Shown here in pieces: positions 9,745 to 18,943 of a stretch of DNA of 64,000 nt. Within the stretch, counting starts at the first letter, position 1. The number at the start of each line of letters is the position of its first letter. A program made the translations under genes and the position numbers. The notes beneath the pieces are model-generated. The model did no database searches, had not been told where the DNA came from, and saw only the letters and a list, made by a program, of their open reading frames with translations. This DNA is from a virus: IMG/VR virus record IMGVR_UViG_3300049855_000345, positions 3,534-67,533 of that record. One strand, 5' to 3'.

Positions 9745-9959
9745 ATCGTTTCTACTTAGATGCCTATGATGGTCGTCCTAATAGGAAGGGGACGAAGAAG
9801 CTGCACACTGTGAAGGTGCATGCTCGGCATTTTGAAGACGCGCTACGGCTAGCAGAGACCTTGCGTGATCGGGGTCTCTGGGTGTGCGTCTCTTCCTTAC
9901 AGACTATGGTCGATACCGATCAATATCAAGCGGCGTGTCTGCCGCCGCGTAGACAGTAA
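9741..9959 (+). CDS. hypothetical protein
   Basis: GTGA overlap with upstream ORF. Confidence 0.45.
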   Translation: MNRFYLDAYDGRPNRKGTKKLHTVKVHARHFEDALRLAETLRDRGLWVCVSSLQTMVDTDQYQAACLPPRRQ

Positions 9960-9960
9960 A

Positions 9961-10263
9961 TCAGCGAATAATACAGATGACGTCTTCCTCTTTTAGGAAG
10001 ATGTACTCCTCGCCGTCGATTGTTACTTTTACGCCCGCGTACTTTCCGTACATGACGCGGTCGCCCTCTAGGAAGGGCATGACGCTTTTGGAAGGTCCGT
10101 ATGGTGTTGGGGTTATTTTTCCTTCCCCAACCTTTATGACAGTACCTTCCAGCTCTTCTTGTTGAACCGTGTCTGGGATATAAAGGCCACCTTCCGTCCT
10201 TCCATCCGAAACTTTAGCCTTGACCATGATACGGTCGCCAACGGGTAGTATTACTTTTGACAT
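9961..10263 (-). CDS. groES: co-chaperonin GroES
   Basis: PVGDRIMV, TEGGLYIPD, G.V..VG.G, GDRVMYGKYAG, EEYIFLKEED. Confidence 0.95.
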   Translation of the reverse strand: MSKVILPVGDRIMVKAKVSDGRTEGGLYIPDTVQQEELEGTVIKVGEGKITPTPYGPSKSVMPFLEGDRVMYGKYAGVKVTIDGEEYIFLKEEDVICIIR

Positions 10264-10658
10264 TACTGTTCCTTTAGTGCTTCAATTAGTTTTTTGTTGT
10301 ACTCACCGAAGCATCCTGCGAGCAGTTCTTCCTCAGTGATCCATTTGACCACGCCTGTTTCCTTCGTCTTGATTTCACCACTGACACGGTTTGGAACGAA
10401 GGTTTTGACGTGGAATTCTCCATCGTGACGCTCAAAGACCTGCCTCAGGCCCTCTGCCTTTAGGCCAGTCTCCTCTTCCAGCTCCCGAGCAGCACCCTCC
10501 TCGAAGGTTTCCTCGGAACCATCAGCCTTTATGTCTAACTTTCCGCCAGGGAGGCCGAAATCGTTAGGGTTATGTTTGCGGGATACGGCAAGGATACGAC
10601 CCTCGGCGTTACGAACGAAGACAGCGGCAGCGTTTTTTAGTTTGGTCATGTCGCTCAT
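10263..10658 (-). CDS. Nudix hydrolase
   Basis: LPGGK...E...EGAARELEEETGL Nudix box with an insertion. Confidence 0.9.
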   Translation of the reverse strand: MSDMTKLKNAAAVFVRNAEGRILAVSRKHNPNDFGLPGGKLDIKADGSEETFEEGAARELEEETGLKAEGLRQVFERHDGEFHVKTFVPNRVSGEIKTKETGVVKWITEEELLAGCFGEYNKKLIEALKEQ

Positions 10659-10669
10659 TTTATGGAATT

Positions 10670-10758
10670 TTGCCGATCTTAGTCAAGTAAATTAACCAAT
10701 GAATTAGAGTTGTCAAGCCCACCAGCTGAAATAATTTGCCGATCTACGTTGCCGATCT
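10670..10758. repeat. three direct copies of TTGCCGATCT upstream of nudix-groES
   Basis: Exact 10-mers at 10670, 10736 and 10749. Confidence 0.7.
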
Positions 10759-11222
10759 TATCGATTCTTTTTCCGGGCATGTTTGGTGGCTTTGTTTTTG
10801 GCTTTCCTCGACTCCTTCTCTTTTGCAGAAAGTTTACGACGCTCAGGTTTTTGATGTGCCTGGAAAGATTTCGCTACTTTGTTAAAGGCCTCTGCTGCCA
10901 CATAGTGCGCGTCGTCAATGATGGCTGTGATTTTAGTCTTTCCACGAAGCTCTTCCATCAGACGGATCTCTAGCGCACTGAAGTCTGGTGTCATGTACAC
11001 ATTTCCTTGTGTTTCGAAGTCGACATTTATTGCTTTGGTGTCTTTAATGTTACTGTTAACTTCTCGGGTAAAGATGCCTTGATATGCTCTGAGTTGTTCC
11101 TGGAACAGGTTTTTGAACTCTAGGTCGTCATCTACTAGACGGCCTGTTACGGTCATACGGCGAGGGTCCCCAGATTCTTTATGCTTATCCATAAGGTCTT
11201 GTATAACTTTTTCGTAGCTCAT
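10758..11222 (-). CDS. hypothetical protein with basic C-terminus
   Basis: Start moved to MSYEK (GAGG SD); contains DFSALEIRLM. Confidence 0.6.
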   Translation of the reverse strand: MSYEKVIQDLMDKHKESGDPRRMTVTGRLVDDDLEFKNLFQEQLRAYQGIFTREVNSNIKDTKAINVDFETQGNVYMTPDFSALEIRLMEELRGKTKITAIIDDAHYVAAEAFNKVAKSFQAHQKPERRKLSAKEKESRKAKNKATKHARKKNR

Positions 11223-11236
11223 GGTACCTCTTTTAG

Positions 11237-11274
11237 AAAAAGAGCCCGACCTGCAGGAAGGGACAGGTCGGGCT
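11237..11274 (-). terminator. rho-independent terminator
   Basis: 11-bp stem AGCCCGACCTG/CAGGTCGGGCT followed by a U-tract on the minus strand. Confidence 0.7.
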
Positions 11275-11307
11275 GGCATAGCTAGCTGTAGAAAGGAGTA
11301 AGATCAG

Positions 11308-11478
11308 CTAGCGGGAAATTGGATTAGATAATGTTTCGAAGATCATAAGTATGTTGAATGCAATTTCGGTTTCTAGCAGCACTAGAATCAGCCCTGTAGG
11401 TTCTAGCCAAACAATAAGCAACAGTGAAACGCTGATAGCTGTAATGCTTGGGGCTAACTCCTTCAGGTAGGCCTTCAC
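11308..11478 (-). CDS. small hydrophobic protein (56 aa)
   Basis: GTG start overlapping the upstream stop; MKAYLKELAPSITAISVSLLLIVWL... Confidence 0.4.
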   Translation of the reverse strand: MKAYLKELAPSITAISVSLLLIVWLEPTGLILVLLETEIAFNILMIFETLSNPISR

Positions 11479-11960
11479 CTAACTAAGGCCTTCGCAGCGG
11501 CTACCCAGTGGCCACGAATCGCCTCCGGAAGGTCTTCCCACTTAGGCATGGCGTTACCCATGAAGTTCTTCCATTCAGCGTTATCACCGTAGGCTTGGTA
11601 AGCGATTTTGGCGTCAGCTTCAGGATCTGCCGCGGATACCCAGCCAGGTAGTTGTAGCTGTGTAATCGGGCGGTTTTCTTTTTCAGCTCGCTCGATGCCA
11701 TATTTCATGCCTGTGCTCATACCGCGATCGATACCTACGATCGATTCCGACATCAGGCGTCCAATTACTAGACCAGCCTCAATCCCTAGCTTTCGTTCTT
11801 CGGGGTTCCTGTCGTCAAGAACACCTGGCTGAGTGTATAGTAGGTGGCTTGCGAACGGAGCCATTCCGTTCAGAAGACAATAGCGCATCAAGCTCCTTGC
11901 GTAACGCTTATTCTCCTCAATTTCGCCAGCATACGGGCTCTCAATTAGTACGGGTTTCAT
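11475..11960 (-). CDS. conserved phage protein (ESPYAG family, nucleoside-deoxyribosyltransferase-like fold)
   Basis: VLIESPYAG, APFASHLLYTQ..LDD..P.ER..GI, D.G.S.GM..GI. Confidence 0.7.
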   Translation of the reverse strand: MKPVLIESPYAGEIEENKRYARSLMRYCLLNGMAPFASHLLYTQPGVLDDRNPEERKLGIEAGLVIGRLMSESIVGIDRGMSTGMKYGIERAEKENRPITQLQLPGWVSAADPEADAKIAYQAYGDNAEWKNFMGNAMPKWEDLPEAIRGHWVAAAKALVR

Positions 11961-11973
11961 ATTATACTCCTAT

Positions 11974-12276
11974 TCACTTAACTTTAGTCTTCAAGTACTC
12001 AATGGCCTTTTTCATATTATGAAGGTGTTCAGCCTGTTGGTTTTCTGCCATGAACCAATCGAGCTTAATGCACATACGATCTGTGAGTCTGTTTCCAGTT
12101 TCACCGTCGTACCAGACCTTCCAGCCTAGGGCTACGTCGATATAGACGGCTTCCACACTTCGAAACACTTGCCTAGTTTTAGGCTTACTCCAGAACCAAT
12201 CTCTGTATGTGATTTGGACGACCTTATCAAATTTGTCGTTGTTGATATTAGTGACGACGCCGCTCAATATCTTCAT
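11974..12276 (-). CDS. hypothetical protein
   Basis: Start moved to MKILSG (ATGA overlap). Confidence 0.55.
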   Translation of the reverse strand: MKILSGVVTNINNDKFDKVVQITYRDWFWSKPKTRQVFRSVEAVYIDVALGWKVWYDGETGNRLTDRMCIKLDWFMAENQQAEHLHNMKKAIEYLKTKVK

Positions 12277-12650
12277 GCCTGCACCTGTTTGTACCAGTCT
12301 TCGTCCTGCCAAGGGCAGTTGCCTGAAACGAGTTGCATCAGTTCTTCGCCTGTTGGTTTGCGGAAGCGCCCTTTTGGAGTTGTGGCCTCGTATTCAGAAA
12401 TCTCTGATACGTACTTACCCTCCCAGATACTGATGCCTGCTGGAGCGTCCGTGAGTCCTAAATCTTCGATCTTCCGGCTATCCCATGCTTCAACTTCGTG
12501 GCGCATGTGACCGCCAACGTAAAAAAGTACAATGCCGTTGGAGCCATCACTGGCCACAACGGCATAACTATCTTTGTCAAAATCGTAGAGGTTATAGATA
12601 TCTTCTTCTTGTGTTGTCTTTAATGACTGGACATGGAAGTAAGTCTTCAT
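12273..12650 (-). CDS. hypothetical protein (paralog of 2434..3060)
   Basis: Motifs shared with 2434..3060. Confidence 0.65.
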   Translation of the reverse strand: MKTYFHVQSLKTTQEEDIYNLYDFDKDSYAVVASDGSNGIVLFYVGGHMRHEVEAWDSRKIEDLGLTDAPAGISIWEGKYVSEISEYEATTPKGRFRKPTGEELMQLVSGNCPWQDEDWYKQVQA

Positions 12651-12668
12651 GTCTTAGTAACGCCGTCT

Positions 12669-13268
12669 CTATCTAGAGTATTCCTTTAGATGGGCATTAA
12701 CTAGGGAAACGCTTTTGACTTCTTCCCCTGCTATGATTCTATCTAGATTTTTATTGAATGCGTCAAGCATATTGGTCCACACCGTATCGATATTTTGTGC
12801 GTATACTTCCTTGTCTACGCAAGTTTCCACACTAAACTTGTACTCCCATAAGTAACTTCCAATTGTCAGGAGGACATCGTTCCCGAAAGTTTTCACTTCT
12901 ACCGGAGCAGTCCCTACTTGTTCGTATACCCAGCCCGGTGCTTCTCTGTTGATAGCATAGCGGTCGTAAGCTGCGAATACTTTATTCCAGACCTCCTCCG
13001 TATTTTGGTTGTAGTAATGTCTAGTTGTCACCAGAGATGCCCTAGTTCCTACAGAAAACACAGAGACTAGATCGATATTTACCATGTCCTCAGGTGGGTT
13101 TTTAACCCAAGCTCGTCCTGTACCGACAATACGGTAGCCTGCCTTTTCATATACCCAGTCTGGGATTTGCAGTTGTTTTTTCTGTGTTTCTGCAGTTGCA
13201 ATTTTATCTGTGAATAGTCAAGCCACTACCGCTGCTAGACCAGCCAATACCCCACGTCTTGTTGTCAT
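12669..13268 (-). pseudogene. Tat-signal protein interrupted by an in-frame TGA (pseudogene or readthrough)
   Basis: MTTRRGVLAGLAAVVA*LFTDKIATAETQ... continues in frame into ORF 12669..13085; TGA at 13218-13220. Confidence 0.65.
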
Positions 13269-14551
13269 TATACCTTATCCTCAATTGTTTGTTTACCGCG
13301 CCTGATGTCCCAGTCGTCAAGGTCCATGTCTGGGTAAAAGGTTACCCAAGGAAACCGCTTGGAAAACCAAGCGGCTTCCTTTTGTGCCACCGCCCGAAGG
13401 GTCGGATGCACCGTTTTGCTGGTACGCAGCTCCACTCTGTATATGAAGGAATTGACCGGCTGCGTACAATTTACGAACACACAGAAACCCATAGCCACGT
13501 AGTATTGTGCTGTGAATTGGTTTTCTTTATCTAGTTTGTAGATCTCAGCACTCTGTTCCCTGATCAGCGTTTTAGCCTCTTCGCGTAGACTTTCTGGTAA
13601 CTGGTCTAGATACCAGGGGTGCACGCCGTAAAAACAATTTAGGATAGGCATCTGGATTACGCCGTTGCGGTGGCGTTGGAGGTCGCGAAAAGATCCGAAG
13701 TCTAGCAAGAAATTGGTGGTGATGTTGCCAAGGCGAGCAATACTGTGTGGTAGAACAGCTCCTTTAGGACGTTCACTAAATATACGACCTTTTAGTGTCC
13801 CTTGTAGATTCTCATCTACCAGGAAATCCTCGGTAGTCATTGCGAGTTGTATGTCGCGGTATGCTTCATACAACATTACTTCTCTTTTCCACTCGCTGAC
13901 AGGCTCTCTGTCTTCCCTAAAGCTGCCTGGATATTTAGCTTTCAGCGCCTCGAAGATCTCATCAGCAATTTGCTGCACCTCAGGCAGCGGGTGATGACGC
14001 ATCCACGAGATATGGTCAGAAGCTTGGCGTAAGTTCGTATGCCATGAGACATTGGTGGTCGCACCAGCAGGAAGGAAACCGCGAAGGATATCAAAACTCC
14101 TGGCTTTGATTGCTCGTTCGTAGACTTTAGCGTCCTCACCTTCCTGCATAGGATATTTCGCCCGTAGGTGTTCCAGAACAGGCTGTGTCGCCTTGTGGTA
14201 GAAGGCCATCCACTTATCCTGAATATCTTTACGACCCACAGGGGCCATAATAGGCTGGTTTGAGAAATCAATATAGCGGGTGCTAGACTCTTGCCCTGAG
14301 TACATCGGCCAGTCCTGGATGGCTTTTGCCGCAAGCATGCTGATGTTCTCAATGAAGATCGTAGTAGAACCGCAGTCGCCAATACTAGCATGGCCGTATC
14401 CTACGTAATACTGGCTCATAAAGTTACCAGAGCCCGCCTTTTTTACACGCTCAAGGTGGGAATCCACGCTTGCAGGGCTGCGTGAGTACAGCGCCTGTAG
14501 CATGGCATTATCCTCAGGGTGAAGATCGTCTAAGACTTTGATGTTCCTCAT
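13268..14551 (-). CDS. thyX: flavin-dependent thymidylate synthase (tandem-domain Thy1/ThyX type)
   Basis: YSRS, YGHASI, QESSTRYIDF, FDILRGFLP, DFGSFRDLQRHR, ELRT...HPT.R. Confidence 0.9.
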   Translation of the reverse strand: MRNIKVLDDLHPEDNAMLQALYSRSPASVDSHLERVKKAGSGNFMSQYYVGYGHASIGDCGSTTIFIENISMLAAKAIQDWPMYSGQESSTRYIDFSNQPIMAPVGRKDIQDKWMAFYHKATQPVLEHLRAKYPMQEGEDAKVYERAIKARSFDILRGFLPAGATTNVSWHTNLRQASDHISWMRHHPLPEVQQIADEIFEALKAKYPGSFREDREPVSEWKREVMLYEAYRDIQLAMTTEDFLVDENLQGTLKGRIFSERPKGAVLPHSIARLGNITTNFLLDFGSFRDLQRHRNGVIQMPILNCFYGVHPWYLDQLPESLREEAKTLIREQSAEIYKLDKENQFTAQYYVAMGFCVFVNCTQPVNSFIYRVELRTSKTVHPTLRAVAQKEAAWFSKRFPWVTFYPDMDLDDWDIRRGKQTIEDKV

Positions 14552-15153
14552 TCTGTTACTTCCTTAGGTATGTTAGACACATCGCGCAATTTTTTAGCTA
14601 TGAGAAGGCTTCCAAGTAGTTTGCCTACTTCTGGGGTTTTGGTTTGGTAGTCGCACAGAAAGTGTTGCCATGGGCTGTTTAGGAACTTATCTGATACGCC
14701 GATGTTTGGTATTCCCATTATTCGCGCAGCCATACTAATGCTGGCTGTATTAGCGTGATCTGGGTCGTTACAGTCTGTCACCACGAAATCACAATGCGCC
14801 AATACCCATAAATCCTTCATTAGAGATACGTGGGAGTATGTTCCGGTGTTTTCACTTGCTAGGACCTTTTCATACGTGAGCACATTATTTCCAGATTTTG
14901 TGTAATCTGCTTGGAATATGTATTGAATGTCTAAAGCAAGCTGCATTTTTAGAAACTCTCCTTCCCTGTTACATGGGAGGGACAGTACATCCGCTAGCTC
15001 TGGTTGGTAGTCTAAAGCATGTATAGGGTGGTAGAAGCGAGCGCATTCTGGAATTTCATTGCGAACTCTAAGATTAGAGTTGGTAATTTCTGCTACCCAT
15101 GATGGTTCGGAAATCTTATCCAGTATAGGGTAGTTACAGTATACTAGGCTCAT
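14548..15153 (-). CDS. hypothetical protein
   Basis: 201-aa ORF with overlapping junctions. Confidence 0.65.
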   Translation of the reverse strand: MSLVYCNYPILDKISEPSWVAEITNSNLRVRNEIPECARFYHPIHALDYQPELADVLSLPCNREGEFLKMQLALDIQYIFQADYTKSGNNVLTYEKVLASENTGTYSHVSLMKDLWVLAHCDFVVTDCNDPDHANTASISMAARIMGIPNIGVSDKFLNSPWQHFLCDYQTKTPEVGKLLGSLLIAKKLRDVSNIPKEVTE

Positions 15154-15677
15154 TTTGGAGGTACTCCGAAGGCTCTGTCAATCATGTGACTAAGGATTCT
15201 ATCTTTGTGCTTTGCACTAACCTGTAAAGCGTCGAGAAGGTCAGAAGCGAATCTAACGTTGTCCACCTTGCGGATTATCGCTAGCTGATCTTTGTGGTCA
15301 ACGCTCAGTACCTGATCGTTCAGCTCCATGTTGTACTGGTCCACTTTTCTCTGGACGTCAGTTACCGCATTGTAATATCCGAAGAAGCGGCGGACCTGCT
15401 GATGTAGCGAATTATAAACACAATCACGGAAGACTCGCTCTGGCACAGTGGTATCAATCTTTTTACATACTTCTTCATACTGAATCAGGAATTCCTTACG
15501 CAGGTCTTCCTGCTTTTCCTCCCACATATCGTCTGTAATTTGGTTATCGATCCGCTCTTGTAGCAGAGCTTGGATCTTACCTTCGTAGCGCTCCAGGAGC
15601 GCTGTTTGCTCACGTGCTATTCCAAGATTCTTGTCCAGACTTATTTTCTCGGATTTTTTGACGTTTTTGGAGTCCAT
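15150..15677 (-). CDS. hypothetical helical protein
   Basis: 175-aa ORF; GAGG SD. Confidence 0.65.
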   Translation of the reverse strand: MDSKNVKKSEKISLDKNLGIAREQTALLERYEGKIQALLQERIDNQITDDMWEEKQEDLRKEFLIQYEEVCKKIDTTVPERVFRDCVYNSLHQQVRRFFGYYNAVTDVQRKVDQYNMELNDQVLSVDHKDQLAIIRKVDNVRFASDLLDALQVSAKHKDRILSHMIDRAFGVPPK

Positions 15678-15684
15678 AGTTACC

Positions 15685-16257
15685 TCAGTACTTTAATGAC
15701 GACTTCTCTGTAGACGGGAGTGCTATGTTCCGCCAGTACATTACTTGTTTTACCGTATCGACCTGCGTATGTAGGATATCGTAGGTTTTGTTCATGTTCT
15801 TTGTTAGGATTTCTGCAGACTGGATAATCGCGTTGATATTCGCGATAAGGTCGTCAAGTTCCGGGATTGTTCTAGCCACGATAGCCATACGAACAGCTTC
15901 GCTTCGTGCATTAAGCACCTCACGCTTCAGTATAATGTGGTCTTTAGCCACATCCCGAAGCCTATCAAGATCGCTAGATATGCGTTGGTACGTGAGCAGT
16001 ATCTCAGCTACGCGATCCTTTTTAACTTGCAGCTCTTCGAAGATTTCGAAAGCAGTGTCGTAATCCGCAGGCCCTCGGATGCTTTTGTGCTTTGACTCGT
16101 TCTTTTGGATAAAGAGGAAATAGCTTTTAAGCTCGATCTCTACACTAGGATCAGGCACGAATTTAGGTTTACGAACCGTGTCCAGTATTGTAATAATAGG
16201 TTCTTCGTTTCTGTATTGAGTTATGCGTAGTGCCCATTCGGTATCTGATTCACTCAT
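15685..16257 (-). CDS. coiled-coil protein (possible recombination mediator)
   Basis: Heptad-rich 190-aa ORF in the replication block; function speculative. Confidence 0.55.
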   Translation of the reverse strand: MSESDTEWALRITQYRNEEPIITILDTVRKPKFVPDPSVEIELKSYFLFIQKNESKHKSIRGPADYDTAFEIFEELQVKKDRVAEILLTYQRISSDLDRLRDVAKDHIILKREVLNARSEAVRMAIVARTIPELDDLIANINAIIQSAEILTKNMNKTYDILHTQVDTVKQVMYWRNIALPSTEKSSLKY

Positions 16258-16555
16258 GATGTAGTTCCTGCTTTATCTCTTGTAAGCTTTGTTTGTTGAC
16301 AATGACCACGTCGTAAGCGCCTACTGCACGAGGATCCATGGTTGGCATTTGTGGTAGCATTTTGCGCACGCAGAGCAGTTTGTCATTGAGCATCATAGCC
16401 TCATCGTTTCCGAGTCTGTGCTTAGTAATCGGGGCGAACCAGTCTAGTATAATTGTTTGGTCTTCCTCGTGTTCACAGTCAACTAGAACAATAACGTCAC
16501 GTTTGGCTTTGAGTTTTGACCAGATGTCAACTAGTATTTTGTGATCCTTATTCAC
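16250..16555 (-). CDS. hypothetical protein
   Basis: GTG start at 16555. Confidence 0.55.
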   Translation of the reverse strand: MNKDHKILVDIWSKLKAKRDVIVLVDCEHEEDQTIILDWFAPITKHRLGNDEAMMLNDKLLCVRKMLPQMPTMDPRAVGAYDVVIVNKQSLQEIKQELHHE

Positions 16556-16694
16556 TTTTCTTCGCCTCAAGCTCCTCAAGTAGCAAACATAGCATCATGA
16601 TGAAATTGGCGTCGACTTTGATGCTCAAGTTCAGCTCTTCTAGTCTTTTGTTGAGTCTTGGTCGAATTTCCTCAACATCTTTAAGCGTAAGCAT
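16548..16694 (-). CDS. small protein (48 aa)
   Basis: MLTLKDVEEIRPRL...KKSE*; GAGG SD; fills the gap between neighbours. Confidence 0.5.
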   Translation of the reverse strand: MLTLKDVEEIRPRLNKRLEELNLSIKVDANFIMMLCLLLEELEAKKSE

Positions 16695-17486
16695 TTATAC
16701 CTCTAGAAGTTTTTGCACGTTCCAATTACTTGTGAAGGTTCGGCAGCCTTTAGCTACGGCTAGTGTAGCCGGTTTCTCTATATTGTTTCCTAGCAGGGTC
16801 ATATTTTGACTATCTTGCGCCAGATCCAGCGATCCTTCACTTTTTAGTTTGGTTGCTGTATCGTTTATGCATTGCATATAGTGATCCCTGCCAATTGTGC
16901 CTCGTACTAGCAAAGTTCGCAGTAATAAAATGTACGTCTGTATTACATCTGTAGTGCCGTAAGCTACTATTTCAGCTAGTTTGCCTTCTCTGTATAACTG
17001 CTCAACGTCGGCGCCCTTTGTGCCCATTTTACCTGGCAGTCCTACCAACTTCGCCACGTAGTCGAGGCTTGGCTTATTCTGCCCATAATCTGAAAGGAAA
17101 TCCATTAGGTCGAAATGCCGCTCCGTGGAGTATCGACTCCTATACTTCCCCTTTTCCTCATAATACCAGGCCATAGGCACGCCATAGTGTAGCGCTCTAT
17201 ACGCGACTAGGGGCAGGTCGAAGCTTCTGCCGTTCCATGTGACTACAGGAGCATTATTAGCGGCTACAGCCTGTGTAAAGTGCTCGATACCTTCTTTTTC
17301 GCTCTCGTTGACGCAAGCCACAGATAACTTCTCCATCTGGAACTTGTCATTCAGTTTGGCGTAACCCATACTAATAATTTTGCACGCGAAAGGAGGTACG
17401 AAATCCTTATCAGGATTATTCTCACGCCACGCGTTGTATACATCATCTTCTTTGATGGCTTCGATATCGACTACGTAGGAGGTCAT
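16695..17486 (-). CDS. stand-alone DEDDy 3'-5' exonuclease (PolB-exonuclease-like)
   Basis: VVDIE, VTWNGRSFDLP, HFDLMDFL, GLPGK, Y...DV. Confidence 0.9.
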   Translation of the reverse strand: MTSYVVDIEAIKEDDVYNAWRENNPDKDFVPPFACKIISMGYAKLNDKFQMEKLSVACVNESEKEGIEHFTQAVAANNAPVVTWNGRSFDLPLVAYRALHYGVPMAWYYEEKGKYRSRYSTERHFDLMDFLSDYGQNKPSLDYVAKLVGLPGKMGTKGADVEQLYREGKLAEIVAYGTTDVIQTYILLLRTLLVRGTIGRDHYMQCINDTATKLKSEGSLDLAQDSQNMTLLGNNIEKPATLAVAKGCRTFTSNWNVQKLLEV

Positions 17487-17494
17487 GTCGTCCT

Positions 17495-17887
17495 TTAGGT
17501 AGTTCTATAGCGTAGGATCATCCAGTAGCTTGGGTCTTGTACGCCGTTGAACTTACGCAGAAACACCTGTGCGTCCTTATATAGGACCACAGGTGAGTGG
17601 TGTTTTGTTGTATTGGTATCTATAAAACTGATGTACCAGTCTCTCTTTACAATATTGTAGTTCTTTTTAGCTAAAAGAGTATACCCTAGAACAGCCTTAG
17701 CTTCTGTTGTGAACAGGCTGAGTTTGATGTTATCGTCTTCGTACGCGATCAGCTCTCTAGGCTCAGTTACAGCAAAACCAACCCGTGCTGCGTACAGGTC
17801 ATCTTCCACTCTAGCTACGCACCAATCTGGTACATTCTGCCAAAACTTCAGTTCTGGTCTGCGGTTGTCGGAATAATGCACGTGCAT
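17495..17887 (-). CDS. hypothetical protein
   Basis: 130-aa ORF; start uncertain. Confidence 0.5.
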   Translation of the reverse strand: MHVHYSDNRRPELKFWQNVPDWCVARVEDDLYAARVGFAVTEPRELIAYEDDNIKLSLFTTEAKAVLGYTLLAKKNYNIVKRDWYISFIDTNTTKHHSPVVLYKDAQVFLRKFNGVQDPSYWMILRYRTT

Positions 17888-18924
17888 TTACCATCTCCAG
17901 ATGTCAGGATAACGAAATCATTATAGATTTCCATACGGACTGTACCGTCTTTGATCATGCTAAGCATTTCGGTGGTATATTTGCTGTGTAGCGTGACCTT
18001 CTGGTTTGAGCAGGAAGAATCTGTAAGTTGAAGGCTGGCTTTAGCCGATCCGTGTGCCGCACCAACTGTTACTACCAACTGATTCCCTGTAAATGTACAT
18101 ATAAGTTTAACGTCACCGGAAGAGCTTCCTGTAATACTGGTTACGGCCTGGAACGTCTTTAGTAGGTCCTGGACATTGGTAGTCACTTCACCAGCTTTGC
18201 TGTCGCGGTCCATATCGTTGAGCCACCCTTCGACATCGGTAGGCTCCGCTTGGATGGTGGGGTGGAAAAATTCAAAGGAAGGGGAAGCAATTTTGATCGT
18301 GCCTCTATGAAGCCCAATCCAGACCTCAGGCTCCTCGATTTTGGCGATGGCTAGCGAGAGTACCGTTGGTTTGATAACGAAATCCAGCGTAGCCTTTTTG
18401 AAAGGCAATTTATCTTTGTATAGACTGGCGCGCAAAGAATCTGTGGTGCTCACCGCGATATTCTCATCGAGTTTGATTCGTAGACCCTCTAGCGTCTGTG
18501 TCAACGGAGAGTTGAAATTGGCCTTCGCGATCGCTTTTGTAACGATGTCTTTGGACAGCTGTACCTGGATAGTGATATCCTCCAAGGGCCTCTGATCCAC
18601 GATTCGTTGGGTGTCCTGGTGAGTTGCCAGAGTACCATTCAGCGATCCTGAAGAAAACTCCATAGTATTTTTCGAAGTTGACTCCAGTTCTATCTTGTCA
18701 GAAAGTTGCAGGGCGCTGATGTATGTGCTATTGATTACAACTTCGCCACCCTGCGTAACGTTGGCAGGGATGCATTGTTTCAGGTAGACACCATTCTGAC
18801 CGGCCTCCACTACAAGAACGTTCCCGCCAGTGTCGGCGCGAAGAATTACTTGGTGCTCTGTGAGCAGAGCTTGAACGGAAATCATCGCCCGCTTCAGGGC
18901 TTCGGTACTTGTGACTAGTTTCAT
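17848..18924 (-). CDS. dnaN: DNA polymerase sliding clamp (beta-subunit-like)
   Basis: 358 aa; LEGLRI...VSTTDSLRAS resembles beta-clamp ATDGHRLA; ends in CIIP; replication context. Confidence 0.75.
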   Translation of the reverse strand: MKLVTSTEALKRAMISVQALLTEHQVILRADTGGNVLVVEAGQNGVYLKQCIPANVTQGGEVVINSTYISALQLSDKIELESTSKNTMEFSSGSLNGTLATHQDTQRIVDQRPLEDITIQVQLSKDIVTKAIAKANFNSPLTQTLEGLRIKLDENIAVSTTDSLRASLYKDKLPFKKATLDFVIKPTVLSLAIAKIEEPEVWIGLHRGTIKIASPSFEFFHPTIQAEPTDVEGWLNDMDRDSKAGEVTTNVQDLLKTFQAVTSITGSSSGDVKLICTFTGNQLVVTVGAAHGSAKASLQLTDSSCSNQKVTLHSKYTTEMLSMIKDGTVRMEIYNDFVILTSGDGKCTCIIPTTADQN

Positions 18925-18943
18925 GGGTTCCTTTTACAGGTGG

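Noticed and set aside
13218-13220. Genome-wide TGA recoding (code 4 or 25)
   Set aside because: Many conserved genes end properly at TGA, often as ATGA overlaps, and the long genes contain no internal TGA.
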